Of a stretch of 64,000 nt of DNA, positions 45,293-55,006 are shown piece after piece. The translations under genes were made by a program, and so were the position numbers. Location of the stretch: contig JAIESE010000011.1 in assembly GCA_019746225.1 (NCBI GenBank), forward strand, positions 7 through 64,006, in the 5' to 3' direction. The first letter of the stretch is position 1. Each line of letters starts with the position of its first letter. Source of the stretch: Alphaproteobacteria bacterium (GTDB taxonomy: Bacteria; Pseudomonadota; Alphaproteobacteria; Paracaedibacterales; VGCI01). Under the pieces are notes generated by a model. It was not told where the DNA came from. It worked only from the letters and a program-made list of their open reading frames with translations, and did not search any database.

Positions 45293-45920
45293 TATCGGGC
45301 GACAAATATATGAAGAGCTGAAGCTGACCCCTCAAGCGGTTGCCCACGTTTTGCTGGTATTCTTGAGTCTGATCGTCGCCTTTGGCGTTTTGTCCTCCAA
45401 CCATCCAAGTATGTGGCAAACCTTTTTGCCCACGCTCTTAATGGGGTTGAGCTACGGTGTCATCAGCTTGAGCCTTGACCAACTCTTTCGCGAAGACTGG
45501 GAGGATGGCACCCTTGAATGGCGGATGAGTCAGAATACCTATTTAGAAGGTTATGTGTTTGTCAAAATCCTTGCCCATTGGATTCGCCTTGGGCTCCCCC
45601 TCACGATGATCGTCGGCCTCATCACCAGCTTTGGATCCCTTCCGCTTGTTTTAGGGGTGGGGATGACAACCTTGTCTCTAACCTTCCTCGGGGCCATCGC
45701 AAGTGCGTTGTGTCTCAACTGTAAGAGCAGTTGTTCAATTCTATTGCCCCTCCTAACCCTCCCCCTTGGGATCCCCATGATGATCGTGAGCATGGCAGCC
45801 GTGGCGGATCCAACCGCTGGCATGACTTCTTACTTTGCGATCCAGTGCGGTCTCTCATTTATGAGTGTTGCCTTATCCTTGATCGCCTGCCCGTTTGCTT
45901 TACGTTTAACCTTGCGATGA
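45282..45920 (+). CDS. ccmB: heme exporter membrane protein CcmB
   Basis: 212 aa, polytopic. Includes FREDWEDGTLEW. The start overlaps the ccmA end. Confidence 0.88.
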   Translation: MMNNIGRQIYEELKLTPQAVAHVLLVFLSLIVAFGVLSSNHPSMWQTFLPTLLMGLSYGVISLSLDQLFREDWEDGTLEWRMSQNTYLEGYVFVKILAHWIRLGLPLTMIVGLITSFGSLPLVLGVGMTTLSLTFLGAIASALCLNCKSSCSILLPLLTLPLGIPMMIVSMAAVADPTAGMTSYFAIQCGLSFMSVALSLIACPFALRLTLR

Positions 45921-46907
45921 TGTCGGTGTGGAATGAATGTGAAGACCCCCAACATAATAATCCACAGGGTTATCCTCTTGCCAATTGGCTTTGCCATCGC
46001 GTAAAAGCCGCCCGTATTCCGTGAGAGCGACCCGATGTTCTCTTGTATCGGCGTCCGTACTGATAAAAGCGGGCCTTTGGGCATGAAGATCTGTAAGCGA
46101 TGCTAAATTCCAATATAAATCTAAATCATTCATCCTATCCAGGTGTTTTTGGTTCCCCATGACAGTGCCGATAAGAAAGTTTGCCTTCACAGAAGGGGTC
46201 TCCAGAGGATAGGCTTCCAGCAATTCGGTCTGGCAACGCGTTAACCCCGAATTTGAAGAAGGGCGTCGTTTTTGAAAATCCCGAAACCCTCTTTGAAACT
46301 GCGTCGTGTGTGGGATAGCAAGATATGCTTCAATACTTGCAGGGTTCGTGGATGTTATGGCTTCCCATCCCTTGATGAGCAACTCTATTTCGTCATGATC
46401 GAGCGTTTTTGGAAGAGGGGATTCTTTCATTCCTTGCGGTGAAATAACCCCCCAACTTATAACATCCTCGGCCTTCCCGTTGATGATTTGGGTCTCACTT
46501 CTTTTCACCATTATTTTTTCAATCGGCAAAGAATACAAAGTGAAAAGACGGATCAAAAAAGCAAGGAGGAGGTTCTCATGAAATCCCAAAGATACCCAGA
46601 CAATCACTTTATCATGAACATTCATAAGACGGATAAATTCCGAACTTGGAAGAGGTGTTGAGGGGCTCGTCCCATCCCGATAACTAAATAAAGGTATAGA
46701 ACCTAAAGCCTCTATCCAATGAGTAATGTCCTCTCTCCCTATGTAATGATGCATCCCTTCCAGAAAACCCTGAAAGGCTTTTTCATAGCCCTCATAGCTA
46801 TCTAAATCATGGAGAGGCCCATGAAACCCTTGAGCAAAAGCGATGACCGGCGCATATCCGGCCTGGATCATAGACCCCATGGCGCTTTCCCCAAAACAGA
46901 TTTGCAA
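45906..46907 (-). CDS. hypothetical protein, DUF1835-like N-terminus
   Basis: 333 aa. The N-terminal LQICFGESAMGSMIQAG resembles the hIxFGDSAAGxL start of DUF1835 proteins (from memory, unverified). Its 3' end overlaps the ccmB 3' end by 15 nt (convergent). The start codon is uncertain: TTG at 46907, with an AGGAGG further upstream. Confidence 0.55.
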   Translation of the reverse strand: MQICFGESAMGSMIQAGYAPVIAFAQGFHGPLHDLDSYEGYEKAFQGFLEGMHHYIGREDITHWIEALGSIPLFSYRDGTSPSTPLPSSEFIRLMNVHDKVIVWVSLGFHENLLLAFLIRLFTLYSLPIEKIMVKRSETQIINGKAEDVISWGVISPQGMKESPLPKTLDHDEIELLIKGWEAITSTNPASIEAYLAIPHTTQFQRGFRDFQKRRPSSNSGLTRCQTELLEAYPLETPSVKANFLIGTVMGNQKHLDRMNDLDLYWNLASLTDLHAQRPAFISTDADTREHRVALTEYGRLLRDGKANWQEDNPVDYYVGGLHIHSTPTSSQG

Positions 46908-47056
46908 TGAATTTGAAATCGTGACCTCCTATGATTTAAAAATCAAGTTTACGGTATCGAAAATATGGGGTTAGGTCAATTTTTAGAATTTTAAATTCAT
47001 TTTCTCGCTAACGGAAAGCTCTAGCAATTCCCTTAAAATTTTGGCATAGATGGGGT

Positions 47057-47800
47057 ATGACACAACACTTTTCGCATCCCACTTCTCTTCTGATGAGGGC
47101 ACAAGCCCTTCTCCCTTGGGCCACAGGCACAGCGGCCATTTTTGGCCTCTCTGGTCTTCTTCTGGCCCTAGTCTTTTCTCCGGCTGATTATCAACAAGGA
47201 GAAAGCGTACGTATCATGTATGTTCATGTGCCCGCTTCCTGGGGAGCCTTATGTGCTTATACGGTCATGGCCATTTTGAGTGGCTGGGGTTTTGTGACGC
47301 GAGCCCCGATATGCCATATCATGACAAAGGCGATTGCCCCGGTTGGCATGGCATTTACGATGATTAGCCTCGCAACAGGTTCCATCTGGGGAAAGCCGAC
47401 CTGGGGGGCTTGGTGGGTATGGGATGCGCGTCTAACATCCATGCTGTTCCTCCTCTTTTTGTATTTCGGATATTGGGTGCTGGTTCATATGTTCGAAGAT
47501 GAGGAGAAGGGATTATCCGCAGGAGCTGTCATCGCGCTTGTGGGGTGGGTTAATGTACCCATCATAAAATGGTCTGTCGATTGGTGGTACACCCTTCATC
47601 AACCGGCAAGTTTGTTACGCTTCGCAAAGCCGGCCATTCATTGGTCGATGCTTGCCCCTCTCTTGTGCATGGCCGTCGCCTTTGCGTCTTATGGATTGGC
47701 GATTGCGATCCTTCGCTTTCGAACAGAGCTAACCCGTCGCAAAATCGAGGCGCTTCAAATTCGCAGAACCAAGAGACCCCAAAAAAAGGAAGCAGCGTGA
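47057..47800 (+). CDS. ccmC: heme exporter protein CcmC
   Basis: 247 aa. The WWD motif WGKPTWGAWWVWDARLTS and flanking conserved His residues. Confidence 0.93.
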   Translation: MTQHFSHPTSLLMRAQALLPWATGTAAIFGLSGLLLALVFSPADYQQGESVRIMYVHVPASWGALCAYTVMAILSGWGFVTRAPICHIMTKAIAPVGMAFTMISLATGSIWGKPTWGAWWVWDARLTSMLFLLFLYFGYWVLVHMFEDEEKGLSAGAVIALVGWVNVPIIKWSVDWWYTLHQPASLLRFAKPAIHWSMLAPLLCMAVAFASYGLAIAILRFRTELTRRKIEALQIRRTKRPQKKEAA

Positions 47801-47952
47801 TGGATTTGACTTCTCCCCATATGCCTTATATCCTTGGGGCTTTTGCCGTTACGCTCATCACTCTCATGCTTCTCACGTTATGGAGTTTTCAGGCCGACCG
47901 CAAAGCCATGAGTGACTTGGGAAAGTGGAAGTCTGATGAAGCCGAAGCATAG
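47800..47952 (+). CDS. ccmD: heme exporter protein CcmD
   Basis: 50 aa, found within a longer track ORF: MDLTSPHMPYILGAFAVTLITLMLLTLWSF.... A single TM. The start overlaps the ccmC stop (TGATG). Syntenic position. Confidence 0.75.
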   Translation: MDLTSPHMPYILGAFAVTLITLMLLTLWSFQADRKAMSDLGKWKSDEAEA

Positions 47953-48370
47953 GCGTTTTTGGTATTTATCTCTCATTGCCTTGTTTCTCGGAGGCGCCAC
48001 CCTTGTGGTGCTGACATCGCTGAATGATCATCTCTTATTTTTTATGATGCCGTCCGATGTGGTGGCGAAGAACCCGAAGACAACCATTCGCTTAGGGGGA
48101 TTGGTTGTAGCAGGCAGTCTCAACCGACAGGACCTTCTCATCACTTTTAAGGTCACGGACGATAAACACACCATTCCGGTTGCTTATAAAGGCATTGCGC
48201 CGGATCTTTTTCGAGAGGGACAAGGTGTCGTGGCACAAGGCGTTTGGGTGAATGGGGTGTTTCAAGCCACCCATCTGTTGGCCAAACATGACGAAAATTA
48301 TATGCCGAAAGAAATTGCCGAAAAGCTGAAAGAAAATGGTCGTTGGCGACCAGCGGAGAATCGCTCATGA
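47936..48370 (+). CDS. ccmE: cytochrome c-type biogenesis heme chaperone CcmE
   Basis: Start trimmed to MKPKHRRFWYLSLIALF. Includes IRLGGLV...V.F.VTD and the heme-binding His context LAKHDENYMPKE. Confidence 0.92.
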   Translation: MKPKHRRFWYLSLIALFLGGATLVVLTSLNDHLLFFMMPSDVVAKNPKTTIRLGGLVVAGSLNRQDLLITFKVTDDKHTIPVAYKGIAPDLFREGQGVVAQGVWVNGVFQATHLLAKHDENYMPKEIAEKLKENGRWRPAENRS

Positions 48371-50607
48371 TATTCGGCTATGCAGGTCAAGCCCTCCTCG
48401 GGATTGCTTTGGTGTTGGCGGGCTTTCAAGCTTTTGGACCCGCTCGCCTCGATGCCCCCCATCGCCTTGCCTATGGACAAGCTCTCTTTCTGTTCAGCGC
48501 CTTTATGCTGCTCACTTATGCTCACGTGACGGATCAATTCTCACTTTTGTCCGTGGTCCAGCATTCCCATACCGCCAAACCGTTGCTGTACAAAATTTCC
48601 GGCGTTTGGGGAAATCACGAAGGGTCGATGCTCCTCATGGTTTTGATTCTTGTCGTCTATGGAGCGGTTGTTGCACGACAAGTCAAAGGCATTGATGCTC
48701 CCTATTCCCTCGCGATACCCCTCATGGGGTTGATGAATTTTGGGTTCCTTCTCTTTGTGGTGATGGCTTGCGACCCCTTTGCGATTGCAGACCCTATCCC
48801 GTTGGAAGGTCAGGATTTGAATCCCCTTCTTCAAGACCCAAGCTTAGCGATTCACCCCCCCATTCTTTACGCCGGCTATGCAGGCTTTTCAGTCCCGTTC
48901 ATTTTTTCTGTGGCAACGTTAATTCATGGCAAAATGCCTGAGACTTTCGCGTCTCTCATGCGCCCCTGGGTACTGGTTGCCTGGACATTCCTTACTCTTG
49001 GGGTTGGTCTTGGAAGTTATTGGGCCTACTACGAGCTGGGATGGGGCGGTTGGTGGTTCTGGGATCCTGTGGAGAATGCCGCGCTCATGCCCTTTCTCAC
49101 AGCCACCGCTTTGGTGCATGCGGTATGTACTTTAGCGGTCACAAAATCCCTTCGGTTATGGACCCTATTCTTGAGCATTTTAACATTTGCTTTATGTCTG
49201 TTCGGCACGTTTTTGGTGCGATCCGGCCTTCTGACCTCCGTACATAACTTTGCTGTTGATCCGGAACGCGGCGCGTTCATTCTCATCCTGTCCTCCTTCT
49301 TGATGTTGCCAGCCCTTGGCCTCTTCCTCTGGCGTTTGAAAGAGATGCGTTCACCCATCCCAACAACACCCGCTTCAAGGCAAGGTCTTATTCTCATGAT
49401 GACCTTGATTCTGGTGACAGGTACGGCAACCATTGCGCTTGGCACCCTTTACCCGCTGATTTTAGAAACATTTGGTCTCAAAATTACGGTGGGTGCTCCT
49501 TATTTCAATGCGACTTTTGTACCCATGATGTTGCCCTTGCTCGTCCTTCTGGGCTTGGGCTTGTGGTATAGCTGGGCGGGTCAAGGACTTAGCCCCTCCT
49601 CCTCAAAATGGCTTCTGCCTATTGTGTGTTTGACCTTCCTCAGTGTTCTTGTTGCGTATTATGGTTTTGGGGTGTGCCATGTCCTCGGACTTGCCGCATT
49701 CATGGGCGCCGTCTGGTCGATTTTGGCAACAGTGGCATACGCCATTAAGAAAAAGAAAATACTCTCAGGCACTATTTTTGCCCACCTTGGCATGGGGGTA
49801 GCGATTCTGGGAATGGTGGGATCGAGCTTAGGCGAAAAAGAGCTCATTACCGTTGTTAAAGTTGGTGATAAAGTTGCCGTTGGTCCAGTCTCTCTCACTC
49901 TTCTTAACGTCATCGACAAGGATGGTCCAAATTACAAGGCGCAACGCGCTATCCTTAAAATCAATCCAGATGGTCCTCTTCTCACGCCTGAGAAACGCTT
50001 GTACTGGACGCAAGGGGTGATTCATGGAGAGTCCGCGATTCGCTCCGTTGGATTCGGGAGATTGCACCATATTTATGTAACGCTTGGTGAAGCATATGAA
50101 GGCAAAAAATGGAGCATCCACGCCTATTACAAACCCTTCATCAATTTGTTGTGGATTGGGATTCTTCTTATGGTATTTGGCGGGATCTTGGCTTCTCGCA
50201 AAAGATTCCGAACCTTGAAAAGGGTATTCCCTATGATGATGATTCTCTTGCAGCCAACCATATGCATAGACGCCCATGAGCAACTCGCGAATCCCGATCT
50301 AGAAGAGCGCGCACGGGCTTTGAGTCAAGTGATTTTATGCCCAACTTGTCAAGGTCAACTCGTTGATGGCTCCCCCGTTGAAGCAGCCATTCAGGTGCGA
50401 CGGGATATTCGAGACGCCTTAAAACAAGGCCAATCGGACGATCAAATCATGAAATCTTTAAGCGCTCAATATGGCCCTCAAGTGATCATCACCCCACGCA
50501 AAGATTGGTCCACTTCCGTTTTGTGGTTTGGTCCGTGGGCCATTTTCCTATTGATTTTCGGGCTCTTCCTCCATAAGAATCGTCAAAAGACACAAAAGGG
50601 AGATTAA
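48367..50607 (+). CDS. ccmF: cytochrome c heme lyase CcmF fused in frame to a CcmH (CycL)-like module
   Basis: The start overlaps the ccmE stop (ATGA). WWD motif GWGGWWFWDPVENA. After ~620 aa of CcmF the same frame continues into MMMILLQPTICIDA...LCPTCQGQ...TM (CcmH-like, LRCxxC-type motif) with no stop codon. Confidence 0.88.
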   Translation: MIFGYAGQALLGIALVLAGFQAFGPARLDAPHRLAYGQALFLFSAFMLLTYAHVTDQFSLLSVVQHSHTAKPLLYKISGVWGNHEGSMLLMVLILVVYGAVVARQVKGIDAPYSLAIPLMGLMNFGFLLFVVMACDPFAIADPIPLEGQDLNPLLQDPSLAIHPPILYAGYAGFSVPFIFSVATLIHGKMPETFASLMRPWVLVAWTFLTLGVGLGSYWAYYELGWGGWWFWDPVENAALMPFLTATALVHAVCTLAVTKSLRLWTLFLSILTFALCLFGTFLVRSGLLTSVHNFAVDPERGAFILILSSFLMLPALGLFLWRLKEMRSPIPTTPASRQGLILMMTLILVTGTATIALGTLYPLILETFGLKITVGAPYFNATFVPMMLPLLVLLGLGLWYSWAGQGLSPSSSKWLLPIVCLTFLSVLVAYYGFGVCHVLGLAAFMGAVWSILATVAYAIKKKKILSGTIFAHLGMGVAILGMVGSSLGEKELITVVKVGDKVAVGPVSLTLLNVIDKDGPNYKAQRAILKINPDGPLLTPEKRLYWTQGVIHGESAIRSVGFGRLHHIYVTLGEAYEGKKWSIHAYYKPFINLLWIGILLMVFGGILASRKRFRTLKRVFPMMMILLQPTICIDAHEQLANPDLEERARALSQVILCPTCQGQLVDGSPVEAAIQVRRDIRDALKQGQSDDQIMKSLSAQYGPQVIITPRKDWSTSVLWFGPWAIFLLIFGLFLHKNRQKTQKGD

Positions 50608-50609
50608 CA

Positions 50610-51272
50610 ATGCTTTGCGCCTTCGATTTTGATGGAACACTTGCCGATAGTCGGAATATCTATTACAAAGCTCTAAAATTACATAGCGCCCAAGAGGGCT
50701 TAAAGATTCCGTCACACGAAGATATGGACACGGTTTTTGGCAATCCGTCCCCCCAAATAATTTTTGACGGTTGGGGAGATAGGGAAAGCTTCAAGAAACA
50801 TCTCCTCACCATATATGGAATGACCGACGACCTGATTTGTGATGACCCCTCAGGCATGCCGCTATATGAAGGAATTCAAGATCTTTTGAAGGACTTGAAC
50901 AAGGATTTTGTCTTGTCGATAGTGACGTCTCGGTCCTTAAGGCCGATTTTGTCTTTGATCCGTCACCACAAGATAGATTCTTACTTTCAAACCATTCGAT
51001 CTGATCAAGATCTCATTGACCGAGGCTATCGAGGAAAACCGCATCCTGACAAGCTCAATTGTGTTTTGAAGGAGATGGAATCTCAGCCCGAAAAGGCTGT
51101 TATGATCGGAGATACGTTGATGGATATGGCCATGGCAAAGAGTGCGGGCGTCAAAGCCATCGGCGTTTCCTGGGGCTACCATGATGAAGCGATTTTACGC
51201 GCGCATGGGGCAGATGATGTTGCAAACACGCCCGAGACGTTAAACCAGATGATTCGTGGGGTTTTGCGTTAA
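50610..51272 (+). CDS. HAD-superfamily hydrolase (phosphoglycolate phosphatase-like)
   Basis: 220 aa. Motif I FDFDGTLADS, motif II VTSR, motif IV GDTLMD. Confidence 0.8.
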   Translation: MLCAFDFDGTLADSRNIYYKALKLHSAQEGLKIPSHEDMDTVFGNPSPQIIFDGWGDRESFKKHLLTIYGMTDDLICDDPSGMPLYEGIQDLLKDLNKDFVLSIVTSRSLRPILSLIRHHKIDSYFQTIRSDQDLIDRGYRGKPHPDKLNCVLKEMESQPEKAVMIGDTLMDMAMAKSAGVKAIGVSWGYHDEAILRAHGADDVANTPETLNQMIRGVLR

Positions 51273-51327
51273 CCAGAAGTTTAGACATCATCTTGTAGAA
51301 TCCTAAAAAAGAGGATTGAGGGGCACG

Positions 51328-52038
51328 ATGATTACGATTCGAAGAGGTTCTGAGCGCGGTTCCACGAAAGCGCCGTGGCTCGACAGCAAACATACTTTTA
51401 GCTTTGGAGCCTATTATGATTCAGAACATATGGGGTTCGGAACTTTGCGGGTCATCAATGATGATAAGATTGTCCCCGGAGAGGGTTTTGGAGCGCATTC
51501 CCACAAGGATATGGAGATCATTACTTACGTTTTGGAAGGCGCCGTAGAACATAAAGATTCTTTAGGCACAGGTTCTGTCATTAAGCCGGGAGAAGTACAA
51601 TTGATGCGGGCAGGGTCTGGCATTACCCATAGTGAATTCAACCCCTCACAAGAGCACCCCACACATCTCTTACAAATATGGGTTCGACCTGACCAAGAAG
51701 GACTGACCCCCTCGTATCAACAAAAGAATTTTTCAAACATACGTACACCCAATCATCTCACCATGCTTGCCTCCCCGACAGGACAAGAGGAGAGCCTCAT
51801 CATTCATCAAGACGTCACACTCTATGTTCTTGATTTATGGCAGGGAAAATCCTTCTTTTTTCCGACCAACCATGGAAGAATGCTATGGATTCAAGTGGCT
51901 CGAGGGTCCGTTTTCATAGGGGAACATGAATTGACTCAAGGAGATGGGGCTCAGATTGTCAATGAACCATCCCTTGAATTTGTAGCAGATGAGACGGCAG
52001 AGATCTTGATTTTTGATATGGCTGCCTCAGCCGAGTAA
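51328..52038 (+). CDS. pirin family protein
   Basis: Start trimmed to the ATG after GAGGGG. Cupin His cluster GFGAHSHKDMEIITYVLEG...H. ~236 aa. Confidence 0.85.
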   Translation: MITIRRGSERGSTKAPWLDSKHTFSFGAYYDSEHMGFGTLRVINDDKIVPGEGFGAHSHKDMEIITYVLEGAVEHKDSLGTGSVIKPGEVQLMRAGSGITHSEFNPSQEHPTHLLQIWVRPDQEGLTPSYQQKNFSNIRTPNHLTMLASPTGQEESLIIHQDVTLYVLDLWQGKSFFFPTNHGRMLWIQVARGSVFIGEHELTQGDGAQIVNEPSLEFVADETAEILIFDMAASAE

Positions 52039-52069
52039 TCTTGATCAAGGAACCGCCAAGATCATAGGT

Positions 52070-52510
52070 CTAAGATTTTGTCTTCTTTTCCACAACCAAC
52101 ATAATGCCCTCAACACCCACAACTTTGACGATGGATCCAGCGGGAAGATCTGGTCCTTTAATGCGCCATTTTGAGTCGGCAACGTTTACATGCGCTTGTC
52201 CATTTTCGATTGGAACATCCAACACGATGGTCTGTCCCACATACTGTTGTCCTCGACGATTAAGGGTCGATGGTGTCTCAGAACTTCCTTGAAAGCGAAC
52301 AAACTTACGTCCCAATATTGTAACCAAAAGAGCCAACGCGCCAAACATCGCCAATTGCGCAGCGACAGGAATGAGGGGGAATAAAAATGTAAGCCCGCCA
52401 AGAATGAGAGCTGTTATCCCCACCCAAAGGAAGAAGGCGCCGGGAGCCATGACTTCTAAGGCTATTAAGCCAAAACCCAAAACGACCCAGTGCCAATACG
52501 CTAACATCAT
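52070..52510 (-). CDS. NfeD family membrane protein
   Basis: 146 aa. Two to three N-terminal TMs plus a C-terminal OB-like domain (GQTIVLDVPIENGQAHVNVADSKWRIKG). Overlaps the upstream SPFH gene by 4 nt. Confidence 0.8.
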   Translation of the reverse strand: MMLAYWHWVVLGFGLIALEVMAPGAFFLWVGITALILGGLTFLFPLIPVAAQLAMFGALALLVTILGRKFVRFQGSSETPSTLNRRGQQYVGQTIVLDVPIENGQAHVNVADSKWRIKGPDLPAGSIVKVVGVEGIMLVVEKKTKS

Positions 52511-53520
52511 GCGGATTCTCCTAAGGAAGGAACGCTACTTCTCGGTTTTTTGCTTGAAGGTGTCGCTTCTTGCTTTTGCGAAGAAAATGCTTCCTTTGCA
52601 ACTTCCGCAATGCCAGCGATAGAGCCAATCACGGAAGATACTTCCATGGGCATCAACAACATCTTTTGGTTGGGTGAATTGGCAAAAGCATGCAATGCCT
52701 CGACGTATTTTTGCGCTACGAAGTAATTAATGGCTTGAACGGACCCTTTGTTAATCGCAACAGAAACATCTGTTGTCGCTTTCGCTTCTGCTTGAGCCAA
52801 ACGCTCACGCGCTTCCGCATCTCGTTGGGCGGATTCACGGCGTCCTTCCGCTTCCAAAATCATAGATTGCTTCATCCCTTCCCCTTTTAGAATACGGGCT
52901 TGACGATCACCTTCGGCGGCCAAAATTGAGGCTTGACGTTCACCTTCGGCTTCCAGAATCAACGCGCGCTTATCACGCTCCGCCTTCATCTGTCGGCCCA
53001 TGGAATCAATCAAATCTCGAGGCGGCTTAATGTCTTTAATCTCAATACGCGTCACCTTCGTTCCCCAAGGTGAGGTCGCTTCATCAACAACGGTCAAGAG
53101 GCGTGCATTTATCTTTTCACGGTGAGAAAGCAGCTCGTCCAAATCCATCGACCCCATCACGGTACGAATATTTGTCATGGTTAAGTTAAGAATCGCATTA
53201 CTGAGATTGGCCACTTCATAAGCAGCTTTTGCAGCATCCAACACCTGATAAAAGACGATGCCATCTACCGTGACGGCGGCGTTATCTTTCGTGATGACGT
53301 CTTGGGAAGGCACATCAAAGACAGCTTCCATCATATTGATTTTTGCCCCAATTTGGTCAACGATGGGCACAATCAAGTGAAGACCAGGTGACAGTGTGCG
53401 CGTATAGCGGCCGAATCTCTCAACCGTATATTCGTATCCTTGGGAGACGGTACGCACGGAGCGTGCCACAATCAAAATCGCCAATAATCCAAAAATACCT
53501 GCTATCATTTCACCAGTCAT
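52507..53520 (-). CDS. SPFH/band 7 (stomatin-like, QmcA-type) protein
   Basis: 337 aa. N-terminal TM. The SPFH core (VSQGYEYTVERFGRY...DVITKDNAAVTVDG) is followed by an Ala/Glu-rich coiled coil. Confidence 0.88.
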   Translation of the reverse strand: MTGEMIAGIFGLLAILIVARSVRTVSQGYEYTVERFGRYTRTLSPGLHLIVPIVDQIGAKINMMEAVFDVPSQDVITKDNAAVTVDGIVFYQVLDAAKAAYEVANLSNAILNLTMTNIRTVMGSMDLDELLSHREKINARLLTVVDEATSPWGTKVTRIEIKDIKPPRDLIDSMGRQMKAERDKRALILEAEGERQASILAAEGDRQARILKGEGMKQSMILEAEGRRESAQRDAEARERLAQAEAKATTDVSVAINKGSVQAINYFVAQKYVEALHAFANSPNQKMLLMPMEVSSVIGSIAGIAEVAKEAFSSQKQEATPSSKKPRSSVPSLGESA

Positions 53521-53612
53521 AATTTTTTCCCTTTTCTTTATTTATACAAGCGAACTATACCATGTTTTATTGATTTTTTGTATTTATATTTATGATGATT
53601 TACAAAATACTG

Positions 53613-54245
53613 TTATGCAGCGCCCCAATATCGAACACGTCCCGTATCAACATGTACGAACTCGGTATAACGCCCAACCCCGCCAGCGCGCAAAGATTTG
53701 GCCGCCCCTTGAACCTGCTTTAAGGTCCGTCCGGGGACATAAACATCAGCCGCTTTTCCATAAATATGCTGACTGACTTTGGCAACGCCACGGCTCCTTG
53801 AATTCAACATCTTATTCGTTTTTGGATCCCGATATCCTGAAATCAAGTGGAACGTTTCAGACGTTTCCAGTTTCTTTTGAACCTTGTGTAAGATGTGCAG
53901 CAAGTTGCGATCAATCTCATGGATTGTGTTGGTGCGATGATCGCGAAACAGCTTGTTAATATCCTTTAAGGCTGCCAGGTCATAATCCCCATCCACCCAG
54001 AAGGTACACTTCTTGATAGACTCACCCGTGTGACGATTATAAAAGCTTAAAAACAAGTCTTGTCCTTTTTTTACTGGGAGCAAAGAGTGAGGAGCAATCA
54101 GTGTCTCACCTGATAATTTTGGGATCAAAAGAGTTGGTGCTACAGCAAAGGAAATCCCAGCCCCGCTTGCCATTTTCAAAAAATTACGCCGACTTAAGAT
54201 GGATGATTCTGATACATTAAGTTGCGCAGATTTTTGATGCACCAT
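53613..54245 (-). CDS. YcbK/DUF882-type peptidase M15A-like protein (Tat-exported)
   Basis: 210 aa. Twin-arginine leader SRRNFLKMASGAG. SGYRDPKTN...SQHIYGKAADV...HVD metal-binding pattern. Confidence 0.8.
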   Translation of the reverse strand: MVHQKSAQLNVSESSILSRRNFLKMASGAGISFAVAPTLLIPKLSGETLIAPHSLLPVKKGQDLFLSFYNRHTGESIKKCTFWVDGDYDLAALKDINKLFRDHRTNTIHEIDRNLLHILHKVQKKLETSETFHLISGYRDPKTNKMLNSRSRGVAKVSQHIYGKAADVYVPGRTLKQVQGAAKSLRAGGVGRYTEFVHVDTGRVRYWGAA

Positions 54246-54370
54246 TCGAACGCCTTTTTATATGTTTCAGTTGTTTTCATTGTAGGACAACTCAGCAGAT
54301 TTGTCAATTTTTGGAAAGACAATACAGAATAAATTTGGTTACACAACCTGTGAAAACGCCCTAACCAGGA

Positions 54371-55006
54371 CTATCTGATCTTCTTTTCCCCTGCCAAGAT
54401 CACGGAAACAGCTTTTGCCAATTCGTCCGGCGGTGTCGTATGGGGAAAGGATTTCATAAAATGTCCTTGACGATCCATGAGGTAAATCAACGTGCTATGA
54501 TCCATCAAATAATCCGCCATCGTTCCATCCGGCTTGGCTTTGGCGGCATACACCTTATAACTTTTTAAGACCTGATCTATTTCGGGAGACGTTCCTGTGA
54601 GCATCATAAATTTAGTGTGAAAGTTCGTTGCATATATTTTAAGGCTCTCGACCGTGTCGCGCTGCGGGTCAATCGTCACAAATATTGGCACCACGTCATC
54701 CAGATCCCGCCCCAAAGCTTTTAGAGCACCCGACATATTTTCAAGTCCAAGCGGGCAAATGTCGGGACAAAAACTATACCCAAAATAAATGAGAAGGTAT
54801 TTTCCCCTGAATTCGGAGGTGGATCGCCTTGCGCCGTGCTGATCGGTCAGGGTAAAGTCTCCCCCGATCTGCGGCAACCCCTGACCGGGCTGATCATGAA
54901 CGGTGACAACCGCTTGGTCTTTGAGCTGGTGATATATCAACCAAAAACACCCCAAGCCCACACTTAGAGAAAGCACTGCCAAGCTGATAAGTCTTTGTTT
55001 TTTCAT
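54371..55006 (-). CDS. SCO/SenC family copper chaperone
   Basis: Start trimmed to the ATG after GGGAGG. N-terminal TM. CPDICP motif and a distal His (MDHS). Confidence 0.88.
   Translation of the reverse strand: MKKQRLISLAVLSLSVGLGCFWLIYHQLKDQAVVTVHDQPGQGLPQIGGDFTLTDQHGARRSTSEFRGKYLLIYFGYSFCPDICPLGLENMSGALKALGRDLDDVVPIFVTIDPQRDTVESLKIYATNFHTKFMMLTGTSPEIDQVLKSYKVYAAKAKPDGTMADYLMDHSTLIYLMDRQGHFMKSFPHTTPPDELAKAVSVILAGEKKIR

Noticed and set aside
48336-50283. Multiple alternative-frame ORFs inside ccmF (e.g. 48336..48695, 49029..49445, 49828..50283)
   Set aside because: They are embedded in a CDS with clear CcmF motifs and are typical shadow ORFs of a GC-richer gene.
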